This document shows, piece after piece, positions 1 to 10,786 of a stretch of 64,000 bases of DNA. The notes below the pieces were generated by a model that did not search any database, was not told where the DNA came from, and worked only from the letters and a program-made list of their open reading frames with translations. The first letter of the stretch is position 1. Each line of letters starts with the position of its first letter. The DNA is from Heteronotia binoei (taxonomy: Eukaryota), in contig NC_083237.1 in NCBI RefSeq assembly GCF_032191835.1, positions 10,788,001 through 10,852,000 of the forward strand, written 5' to 3'. Position numbers and translations under genes: made by a program.

Positions 1-574
1 GAACCGCCACAGTCAGCAGCATCCCACCGAACCAGTGGCGGCTCGCCGAATCCGAAACAAAGATCCATACGCCCATCTGCCCGGACCCTCTTTAGTAGGG
101 TACACCTTACATCGAACCTGGGACCCTGCACATCAAGTAGCTGCTCAGCCAGTGGGAAACCGACCCGGAAGAAAGCGGGACGGTTAGCGAAGAAGAAAGC
201 ATAAGCCAGGCGGAAGGCCAGCAGCATCCCCATCTCCAGCCGTAAGGAATGGCCAGCCTGACAATGGCGCCCTTTACTTGGGTGGGCAGGGGACCCCATC
301 CACAAACCATGGCAGACCAATCTCCAAAACCCCCGAAGAAATCTCCACTGCCTACCTCCCCAACAAGAACTCGGTCTTCCTTAGAGGTCTCCCATTTGAG
401 GCAATGACCTTAACAAGCCCTGCATGGCAACCTCCATACCAGTCATGGACGACCCGTCCGGCCACAGGGACTGACAGGACTCAGCCAGCCCAGACTAACC
501 GACTCAGGGGAACTTCATCACGGCAGGGGAAGCCCGGCCTTTCCCTATTCAGTTCCCCACCAGCAAACGATCCA

Positions 575-1830
575 TAAGACATAAGAGAAGCCACGTTGGA
601 TCAGGCCCGACGGCCCATCCAGTCCCACACTCTGTGTCACAGAAGAACATAAGAGAAGCCAGCGGGATCATGCCTATGGCCCAACCCCTTTGTGTCACAG
701 AAGAACATAACAGAAACCATGTTGGATCGGCACATGGCCCATCCACTCCATGTCACAGAAGAACATAAGAAAAGTCATGCTGGATCAGGCCAATGGCGCA
801 TCCAGTCCCTCACTCTGTGTCACATAAGAGAAGCCATGTTGGATCAGGCCAATGACCCATCCAATCCATCACTCTGTGTCACGGGAAAAACATAAGAGAA
901 GCCATGTTGGATCAGGCCAATGGCCCGTCCAGTCCAACATTCCATGTCACATAAGAACATAAGAGGAGCCATGCTGGATCAGGCCAATGACCCATCCAGT
1001 CCAACACTCCGTGTCCATAAGAACATAAGAGAAACCCTGTAGGATCAGGCCAGTTGCCCGTCCAGTCCAACATTCTGTGTCACATAAGAACATAAGAGGA
1101 GCCATGCTGGATCAGGCCAATGACCCATCTAGTCCAACACTCCGTGTCCCTAAGAACATAAGAGAAACCCTGTAGGATCAGGCCAGTTGCTCGTCCAGTC
1201 CAACATTCTGTATCACATAAGAACATAAGAGGAGCAATGCTGGATCAGGCGAATGGCCCATCCAATCCAACACTCCATGTCTCCTAAGAACATAAGAAAA
1301 GCCCTGTAGGCTCAGGCCAGTGGCCCACCCAGTCCAACATTCTGTGTCACATAAGAACATAAGAGGAGCCATGCTGAGTCAGGCCAATGTCCCATCCAAT
1401 CCAACACACCGTGTCTCATAAGAACCTAAGAGAAGCCCCGCTGGATCAGGCCAGTGGCCCATCCAGTCCAACGCTCCATACCCCATAGGAACATAATAGA
1501 AACCACCTTGGATCAGGCCAATGGCCCATCCAATCCGACACTCTGTGCCACCTAAGTGCATAAGAGAAGCCATGCTGGATTGGGCCAGCGGCCCATCCCA
1601 TCACACACTCTGCGTCACATAAGAACACAAGCGAAGCCATGCTGGATCAGGCAAATAGGCCCTTCCGATCCACCACTCCGTTACACAGACAAACATAAGA
1701 GAGGCCATGTAGGACCCGGCCCGCGGCCCATCCGGTCGAGCACTCTGCGTCACCGAAGAACATAAGAGGAGCCATGCCAGGCCAGGCCGATGGCCCACCC
1801 AGTCAAACGCTCCGCGACACACAGTGGGCG
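575..1830 (-). repeat. Minisatellite of about 67-bp units derived from the CR1 3' tail (about 18-19 units), partly a 134-bp dimeric higher-order repeat
   Basis: The unit is the reverse complement of AGAGTGTTGGACTGGATGGGCCATTGGCCTGATCCAACATGGCTTCTCTTATGTTCTTATGTGACAC, which is the sequence ending the CR1 at 15440-15502. Confidence 0.92.
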
Positions 1831-2395
1831 CCCAGGAAGGTACTGCCCCTTCCCCCAATAGACCCCCCTTTGCTCCTAAAACATACACCTTCGAAGAAGG
1901 GTGGTAAGGAACCGACCCCAACGAGTCGCGGCCCGAGACTGCGGCTACTTGCAAGCGGCGGGCGGGGGAGGGGGGGGAGGTGGGGGGCAAAAGAGAATAA
2001 AAACCTTTCCAGACCCCCCTGCCCACCGGCCAACCGCTCAGCTTCGTCCCGCTCGTTCAAAGGCCCTTCAGCCCTCAGGCCAAACGCCTCGATCCACTCC
2101 CCATGGGAGCTCGTGGCCCCGACCCCGTCCAGGTCCTCCACAGAGCCATCCAGCCCGATGCGGCCTGCATCCGCTCTCGGCCTCATACACCAGGGACCTC
2201 CGACCAGTCCGAGAGCAGCAACGCGACTGATCTGTGAGGGCGGGGCCGAAGCTACAAACAGCCCCGACGCTCCACCCGACAGCCACTCCCGGATGGAGGG
2301 AAGCTCCAGCGCAGCCTCCCCTCCTTCCAGGGAGGCAAAAGGCGGCCCCGTGGCGCGCAGCCGCTTTGCGGCGCGGCCTTTGCGGGGCCGAACTC
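1830..2395 (-). mobile_element. GC-rich probable 5' end of a DIRS/Ngaro-like element inserted in intron 2 of V2R paralogue A
   Basis: Absent at the paralogous site in copy B. Shares the GGGGCCGAA terminus and the minus-strand blocks AAGGAGGGGAGGC and CCATCCGGGAG with the 5' end of the element at 37750-38131. Confidence 0.55.
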
Positions 2396-2468
2396 TCTCT
2401 TCATCACCAGAATTAAAAAAAATAACAAAAGAAATGTGAAATTAAACACCACACAGTATACTTCCTAC

Positions 2469-2760
2469 CTGTGGAATCTTATAAAGACCAAAGATATCTG
2501 CCATTTGAAAGGAGGTATCAGAGGAAAGTCCACCAATGACAGCCATCAGGTTTTTATGAGTGTCACACATATAATTGGGGAAGCTTCGATGTATCTTGAA
2601 GATAAGGTCAAAAGAGCTACGATAGGTCACTCTTGCATCATAATAGCTATCAGAGATGTGGAAGCCAAGTGTAATATTGGGTAAGATCTGGGTATTCGCA
2701 TTGACCTCACTGATAGCGAATTCCAAGGCCAGGACATGCTGGTACAACTTAGTCACGACA
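2469..2760 (-). CDS. V2R paralogue A exon 2; exons 3-6 are not in the window
   Basis: 292 bp with intact splice sites; differs from gene B exon 2 at one residue I can see (LGFHI versus LGVHI). Confidence 0.9.
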
Positions 2761-3142
2761 CTGTGGATAGACAAGGGTTATTTTATGCGATAATTCTGTA
2801 ATGCACCACATTTTATCATACTATTGATCATTTTGTCTCTGACTGAATTAATTCAATAAAAGGCTATTTTAAATATTTTACTGATTTTTTTCTAAGATAT
2901 TAAACATTTCTTTATTTACATGAAATAACATTTGGCTTATCTAGAATGTACTGCTCTATGAATTTCTTTAGGAAATAAAAATAGGAGAAACTGGTTTTTG
3001 CCAGCTCAAAGCAGTGAACGATGAAAGAATGGAAGAAGCTAAACTGGTGGGAAAGAAGACCTCGGAAAAGCAGAACAGAAAACAGGTGCATGCAAACATT
3101 CTACAACAAAGGAAGCAGTTTCACTAAAGGACTCTTATTTCT

Positions 3143-3420
3143 AAGAGCCAGTTTGGTGTAGTGGTTAAGTGTGCTAACTCTTATCCGGGAGAACCGGGTT
3201 TGATTCCCCACTCTTCCACTTGCACCTGCTAGCATGGCCTTGGGTCAGCCGTAGCTCTGGCAGAGGTTGTCCTTGAAAGAGCAGCTGCTGTGAGAGCCCT
3301 CTCCAGCCCCACCCACCTCACAAGGTGTCTGTTGTGGGGGAGGAAGGTAAAGGAGATTGTGAGCCGCTCTGAGACTCTTCGGAGTGGAGGGCGGGTTATA
3401 AATCCAATATCTTCTTCTTT
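3143..3420 (+). mobile_element. Squam3-like (MIR/Ther1-derived) tRNA SINE, full length
   Basis: tRNA-like head with A box (TGGTGTAGTGG) and B box (GGTTTGATTCC), family body and (TCT)n tail. The family name is from recall, not from a search. Confidence 0.75.
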
Positions 3421-4084
3421 TAATATGGCCTATTTTGAATTCAGTAAAGAAATGGTTTTATTGCTTTCCAGGATGTTATAAATGACTGGCAATCCTAATA
3501 AACATTTATTCTATATTCCACCTCAAATCCCATGCCTTGATTTTGGTCATCGGCAATATTGTTATTGTTGTTGGCCTTCAAGTCACAGCTGAATTAAGGT
3601 GACACTATAGAATTTTCAAGACAAGAGATGTTCAGAGGGGGTTTGCTATCGCCTGCTTCCATTTCATGACTCTGGTGTGCCTTGGTGGTCTCCTATCCAA
3701 ACACTCATCAGGGCCCACCCTGCTTAGCTTCCAAGGTCTGACAAAAAAGGGCTAACTTGGGCTATCCAGGTAATGGTCATCAACAAAATGATAATCCAGA
3801 TTTAATGCTTACAAACTATAGGTACTGAAAGAATCGTTTCCCACAATATTGTGCTCATACCATTTTGGTTGTCACTAACAGATTCCTATTTAGACTTTGC
3901 ATTCCTGGCTTCAATTGCTAGAAATAAGGTCTCAAAAGTGCATTTGTCTAGAACGTTGAATACATTTTGCCTGCATTTCTTTTCACTACAGGGCAACATC
4001 ACATAACAGAATATTTCTTACTTTTCCAGCTCAGATATTTTTGAGAAGTATTATTTTCTGGTTTTGCAATACTGTCTGGTGTAA

Positions 4085-4388
4085 TAAGAGCCCCGTGGCG
4101 CAGAGTGGTAAAGCTGTAGTACTGCAGTCGGAGCCCTCTGCTCATGACCTGAGTTCGATTCCAGCAGAAGCTGGTTCAGGTAGCTGGCTAGAGGTTGACT
4201 CAGCCTTACTTCCTTCTGAGGTCAGTAAATTGTGTACCCAGCTTGCTGGTTGGAAAGTGTAGATGACTGGTGAAGGCAATGGCAAACCACCCCGTAAAAA
4301 GGTTTGCTGTGAAAACGCTGTGAAAGCTGCGTCACCCCAGAGTCGGAAACGACTGGTGATTGCACAGGGGACCTTTCCTTTCCTTTTC
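4085..4388 (+). mobile_element. Sauria SINE (Squam1-like) in V2R-A intron 1
   Basis: tRNA-like head, conserved GGTTGACTCAGCCTT(C/A)C...GAGGTC core, RTE-like tail ending CCTTTCC. Confidence 0.8.
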
Positions 4389-5735
4389 CTGGTGTAATAT
4401 ATCATCTACACATTCTTTATATATTTCTCATTTTTATATTTACCTACATTTCTTAATATCTTTATGTAAAATGTACCATTTTTCTTTGAAATGCTAATCA
4501 ATAGATCTTCCCCCCCCCACCAGGGCTTTCAACTGCATGTATTAATAAACTATGTTGACACACAGAGATCGTAGACAATACTTTTAACAGCTTTTCCAGT
4601 ACATTAAGGAAGGTTTCCTTTTTAAAGACTAAAATAATCTGATTTATGGCTATTTAATGATATAAACCCGCACATTTCAAGTCACTGACATTTCAGAAGA
4701 CATATCTTGCTTGCTTTTTGTGCAGCTTCTCAGCCTTTTGGCGAAGATCAAGTGTGTGTTTGGCAGCAATCTTTAGTCCTTATCTACGAGTCCAATTATT
4801 CTCAAATCCATCCAAAGATTAGACAGTCCTAGATCAAAGGCCTGCACAAATTATTTCCCTGGTAGGACCAGCATAAGTACTGTTTTTAATCTAAATTGCT
4901 TCCCACTTGGAAGCAAAATAGTATTTTTCAATATTGGATATGACCATTTTGCCTTGTGGTCGAGATTTTTCTTTTATCCTTGTCTGAATGCCAAGTTTCT
5001 TATTTCTCCAGATAGACTTATTAAATAAAAAGAGTATGCTAGATAGCAAGGATTTGTTTACAAGCAATGAAAAGTTCATAAATACAAATACAATTCTAGG
5101 TTTAAAAAAATCATTGTTTAGGTATCTACACTGTCTTAACCAAACTGGCATTTGAACAATCTCCCCCACTCTTTTTCAGTGAGTTTGGATTTCCCTTAGT
5201 TACACCATTCAAGTGGTAGCAATGTATAGAAATATCACAGAAACTGTATGTGGTTTTGGTGCTTCTAAAATATTCTTTATAACTAAGAAGGTTGCCAGCT
5301 TCCCCCCAACGAACGGTGAGGGATGGGGGGTTTGGTTTGCCAGATCCAAGCTGGAAATTTGGGGATGCAGACTGGGGAGGACAGGGATCACAGTAGGGTG
5401 CAAAGACAAAGAGTCCACCCTCCAAAGCATCACTGAACTGATCACTGTAGTCATGGAGATGAGCCTTACTTCTGGGAGATTCCTAGGTTCCAACTGACAG
5501 CTGGCATCTTTCCTACCTGCCCTGGTCCTGCTTTCCAAAACAGAGATTCTGTTGTGGGAGAAGAAAGTCAACATTCTTTGTAACAAACAATAGTGAACAA
5601 TAGCCACAAAATGATTTGAAGGGTAGGGACGCAAGTCTGGGAGCACTTTCTTCGAGCATCCTGCCTATTGTATATATAATTCACAGGTTTTTTAATCTGA
5701 GTTCATAGAAAGACCAAAGAGGTGTCATTCCTTAC

Positions 5736-5944
5736 TTGGGAACCTCAAACAAGTCCGGTGAAGGGTTTTTCCTGAAGTTCAGGTCACAAAACACATAGCC
5801 GATCTGAGAAACAATCCCACCAAGGAGGAAGTTCCCTGGCTGGTACAACTCATGGAGGTCAGGGAGGGCATCTCTCAGAGGGCACTTGTCTGATTTGCTG
5901 GTTGTCGCGGTCCGTAGAAATGACATGATCATGAATGCTACCAT
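5736..5944 (-). CDS. V2R paralogue A exon 1
   Basis: Near-identical to 23713-23921 (MVAFMIMSFLRTATTSKSDKC...), with the same AA|GTAAGG donor. Confidence 0.85.
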
Positions 5945-6762
5945 CTGATGGCAAAATTTCCCCACAGATACTGCTCCTCCTGGTTTCATCCTCAGTACTG
6001 GCTTAACCCAAACAGTATCTTGGCTTCATTAATACCCTTTGGACAAAGAAGCACATCCACATTCCTTGCAGCATCAACTGGATACCAGAGGCCACCTGAG
6101 TCTGCCAAAGCTTTGGTTTCTCTTGCACCTAATCAAAGCAAAATTGGAGAATTCAAACTGACAGAGCCCTGCCCCTGCTGAGCCTTTTCTCCAGCTGTTA
6201 ATGGTGAAGGAGTTTTTAAACATCACAGTCTTGCTGGATTACTGCTTATTTCCCTAGTTTCTTTAGAAAATCCTCAGCTGTAGCTGCAGGAACAAATTAC
6301 AGTGATTTAGATCATTCAAGGGGGGATAATTGCCACAGTGAGCATTGAGGTCTGAGAGGTGCCACAACTTGGTTTAATTGATTGTTCCAGATGTGGCCCC
6401 CAGTTTCTTGTGCTTCCTCAGCAGGACATCTGATTACCTGCTGTGATTTGGGAAATGTCATGAAGAATTGGGGGGGGGGGGTGATACTGTGGAGGCCAGG
6501 GTTTGAGTAGCAGAAGGAACTCAGCAAGGATATGAAGCCATTAAATCCACCCTCGAAAGTTGTTATTTTCTCTAGGGGAACAGGCTGGATAACAGATACC
6601 AGTCAGGGAGAACTTCACCCCACATGTGGATCTTGTCAACCCCAACTGAGCAACAAATGGGAGATGGTTTTGAGATATCCATGGTGTCCAAACACTACCC
6701 GGAAACTTAAGTCCCCAAACCATCTTTTACAGATGTTCCATTTTAATGTGCATACTACTAGA

Positions 6763-8981
6763 CAATTTAAATTGGGACTTCATGTTTGCAGTGATGGAAA
6801 AAATGGAGCTTGGAGAAAGTTTTATAAGAATGATAAAGGCAATATATTTTGAACAAAGGGCAAGGTTGTGCATCAATGCAGATCTTACAGACGAAATGAA
6901 AATTAGTAAAGGTACTAAACAAGGCTGCCCGCTTTCGCCATTGTTGTTCATAATGACTCTTGAAATTTTACTGATGCAGATCCAAGATGAAAAAGATTTA
7001 GAAGGACTACAAATAAAAGGGTATACCTATAAATATAGAGCATTTGCGGATGATATAATGTTTATAAATGAAAATCCCTTACAAGCTACACCGTTGTTGT
7101 TAACGAGAATACAAGAGTTTGGGGAGTTGGCGGGACTTTACATAAACAAAGAAAAATCGAAAATTTTATGTAAGAATATGCAGAAAAATAGACAACAAGA
7201 ACTACAAAGACTAACGGGTTGTGAAGTTACCTCTAAGGTAAAATACCTAGGGGTAGAGATAACAATGAAAAATATTGATCTGTTTAGGAACAACTATGAA
7301 AAGCTCTGGCGCAAAATAGAAGAAGATATGCTAAAGTGGAACAAGCTCAATTTGTCATTGGTGGGCAGAATAGCTGCAGTAAAAATGAATATCTTACCAA
7401 GGATTATGTATTTGTTTCAAACCATCCCCATTGTGAAAGATGCTAAGCAATTTGATAAATGGAGAAGAAAAATCTCGGAATTTGTGTGGGCCGGGAGGAA
7501 ACCTAGAATTAAAATGAAAGTCCTGATAGATGCAAAAGAGAGAGGTGGGTTTCAATTACCAGATTTGAAACTGTATCATGAAGCAATTTGTTTAGTATGG
7601 TTGAAAGAATGGATAACATTATTAAATAAAAAACTTCTAGTGTTAGAAGGCCATGGGAAAAAATTCGGCTGGCATGCCTACTTATATTATGGGGAAAAGA
7701 AGATGGACGGTCTTTTCTCTCACCATTATATAAGGAGCAGCTTACTAAATGTGTGGATAAAGTACAAGAAATATGGCGATGAGAGAAGACCTTTGAGGAT
7801 AGTGCCGGCTGAAGTGATAAAGTTAACGGCCAAAACAGTTAAGGAAAAACAACTATCATACAACCAACTACTAAAAATACAAAGTGGGAAAATAGAAATG
7901 AAAACTGCAGAAGAATTGAATTATAAATATGATTGGTTTCAAATGCAACAAATAAAAAGCTTGATGGAGAATGATATCAAAGCTGAAGGAATAAGGAAAG
8001 AGCAAACAAAAATGGAAAGAGTTCTGCTTGGAGATAATGAGAAATTAATTTCAAAAGTGTACAAATTACTTTTACAATGGACTACAGAAGATGAAGTAGT
8101 GAAATCTCAAATGATAAAATGGGCAATTAATGTAAATAAAGAAATAAAGATGGAATCTTGAGAATATCTGTGGAAAAACTCTATGAAACTCGCAACATGT
8201 CATAGTATTAAAGAGAACTGTTTTAAGATGATGTATAGATGGTATATGACTCCAAAAAAATTAGCAAAGATGAACAATAAGATGCCAGATAGGTGTTGGA
8301 AATGTAAAAAGCATGAAGGTTCTTTCTACCATATGTGGTGGACTTGTGAAAGAGCTAAAATGTTTTGACAGATGATTCAACAAGAGATATCTAAGATCCT
8401 AGGATATGAATTTAACAAAGAAGCAGAGACTTTTCTGCTGGGATTACAAATGGAAAAATTTCCAAAAGAAGATAGAACTTTAATATGGTACTTGCTCTCA
8501 GCTGCTAGGACATTGTATGCGCAGTTGTGGAAGCAAGAAAAAATACCAGAAAAATGGGACTGGACTATAAAAGTTATGTCATGGAGTGAAATGGACAAGC
8601 TAACAAGAAAACTAAGAGACTGCGATTTAGAACTTTTTAATCGGGAGTGGAAGAAATTCAGAAGATATGTAGAAAAAGAGTGGAAAATAAAAGGACATTG
8701 GACAATTTTTGAAGATTAAGACCTTTAAGACAAGAATATAACTTTTGAAGGGGGGATCTTTTTTTTAATCAATTTTTGTTTTTTCTTGATAGTTAAAGGT
8801 ACCTTTAATATCGTTTTTTTTTTTAAAAAAAAATAACACTGGCGGGGGTCAATTATTGGGGGGAGGGGTGGGAGAAAAGTAAGATGTGGGGTAGAATGAT
8901 GTTTTTTTTTATCCTAAGTTTTTTATAAGTTGTAGATATAGTTCTACTACCATATGTTACTAATAAAAATTGTTTATACTA
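6763..8981 (+). mobile_element. 5'-truncated L1/Tx1-clade LINE (ORF2 reverse transcriptase and C-terminal zinc knuckle), interrupted by stop codons
   Basis: GTKQGCPLSPLLF, AFADD, KYLG, RCWKC...HMWWTC. AATAAA near 8962. 18-bp TSD AATGTGCATACTACTAGA at 6745-6762 and 8982-8999. The empty site is visible in copy B near 24723. Confidence 0.93.
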
Positions 8982-9369
8982 AATGTGCATACTACTAGAG
9001 AAGCTCGAGTCCTTGGAAGCTTAAAACAAAACAGCAGGCCATTTTTAAACTGAATAGACACTTTTACTTAATCCATTCATACATACATTCCACAATAAGA
9101 ATATGAAGAAGGTCTTGAATGATACTTTGAAACATATCTTAAATAACTTTATCAAAATCAAAGTAGACATGCATTGCATATTCACTCATGCATTGATTTG
9201 AAAACGTAAAATAATTTTGAGGTGATATTTATTTTTCCACATCAGCTTCTTGATTAGTCTCAAAACAGCAAGTTATATGTAGACTCTTGCAGACCATTGT
9301 GTGATGGGGATGTCTCATGAACTCTATGTGTTTGGTTCACCCACTATTTCCTGAGCATTCTCTCAAAAG

Positions 9370-9526
9370 NNNNNNNNNNNNNNNNNNNNNNNNNNNNNNN
9401 NNNNNNNNNNNNNNNNNNNNNNNNNNNNNNNNNNNNNNNNNNNNNNNNNNNNNNNNNNNNNNNNNNNNNNNNNNNNNNNNNNNNNNNNNNNNNNNNNNNN
9501 NNNNNNNNNNNNNNNNNNNNNNNNNN
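9370..9526. other. Assembly gap (N run)
   Basis: Run of N. Confidence 1.
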
Positions 9527-9884
9527 ACTTGAAAGGCGGACATTTTAATTATCATCCCAAACAGCTGTGATTCATTAATGGTTAATGTTTACCAGTAAAT
9601 CTCTGGTAAATCTCCAGTAAATCTCTGAGCAAATGAACCAATAGTATCCTCTTTTTCAAGAGAAATACAGGATGGTTTACCAAATTTGACAACTCACATT
9701 CATCACAAAAACAAATACTTAACAAAGAATAATTGCTCATAATGAGCCATGCACAGAATTTCTGTCTCCATATTCAGTCATGTGAATTAGTCAAACTTGG
9801 TTTGTGTTTCTTTGAGGTCTGCTATATAGTTGGAATTGAACTGTACCCCAAGTTAAACTTCTTTAATGCATTATATTTGGAGGA

Positions 9885-10786
9885 CTAAGTATTTCTCCTA
9901 ATTAGCTGTTTCCTGTGATTCAGTTGAGGTCTCAGCAGAATAATGTAACATTTTGGGAAAAAGATAAAGCATAGTAAGCCACTGCTAGAGGCCAAGATGG
10001 AGAAGATCTCCACAGCTACCATGTATTTTCCTTTGGTGCTCAGGTAGGTTGGAACAAAAGACAACCAAACACTGAAAAATATCAGCATACTGAAGGTGAT
10101 GAACTTGGCCTCATTGAAACTGTCTGGCAAATTCCTAGCAAAAAACGCCACGGTCAAACTGAGAATGGACAGAAGTCCCATGTAGCTGAGGATCATGTAG
10201 AACATGGTGATAGACCCTGGATTGCATTGTATCACTATCTCTTCAGTCATGGACTGTGCATCTAAATCTGGGAAAGGGGGGAAAGTTCCCAGCCACATTA
10301 CACAAATACCTACTTGAATAAGAGAGCAGGAAAGGACAATAGAATTGCTCAGTCTTCTTCCCACCCACTTTCTCATGTCGGTCCCTGGTTTGGTGGCCAT
10401 AAAAGCTGCAACCACAGTAATGGTTTTGGCCAACACACAAGAAACAGCCACTGAGAAGATGATGCCAAAAGCAGGTTGCTGGAGCCAGCAAGTTAACTTC
10501 CTTGGTCTTCCAAGGAAAAGCAAAGAGCAGAGGAAACAAAACAGAAGGGCGACCAGAAGTGTATAGCTGAGATCTCGGTTGTTGGCTTTGACTATGGGGG
10601 TATCTTGGTACTTAATAAAAATTCCTAGAACCAACAGTGTAATTACAGATAAGGTCACAGCAATGGAAGTCAAAGAGATCCCTAAAGGTTCTTCATAAGA
10701 TAGGAAGTTTGTCATTTTGGGAATACATTGATCTTGATCCTTGCTTGGATGCTGATTTTCCTGACATAGAACACAGTCATCCATAT
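9885..10786 (-). CDS. V2R gene B exon 6 (end of cysteine-rich domain and 7TM class C GPCR domain)
   Basis: TTTCAG acceptor; DMDDCVLCQ...FLSYEEPLG...[13 protein letters not shown]...LAKTITV...[16 protein letters not shown]...[17 protein letters not shown]; TAG at 9885-9887. The six exons total 2622 nt (873 aa plus stop) with no internal stop. Confidence 0.95.

Larger units (their letters stand above)
2396..9369. repeat. Segmental duplication copy A (V2R intron 2 start, exon 2, intron 1, exon 1, upstream region)
   Basis: Colinear with 20668-25123 from CTCTTCATCACCAGAATT to CCTGAGCATTCT, apart from the L1-like insertion and a deletion in copy B. It runs into the assembly gap at 9370. Confidence 0.93.

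Noticed and set aside
575-1830. CRISPR-like regular repeat array
   Set aside because: There are no unique spacers, the units are contiguous copies of the CR1 tail, no cas genes are present, and the context is a vertebrate genome.
1774-2439. 221-aa Pro/Ser/Arg-rich ORF as a novel gene
   Set aside because: It is a low-complexity product of GC-rich sequence spanning repeat and intron junctions, with no recognisable domain.
5126-5646. Overlapping ORFs conserved in both duplicate copies (also 23176-23623)
   Set aside because: The conservation is explained by recent duplication. The region is a MITE remnant in intron 1, and a 16-bp indel between copies breaks the frames.
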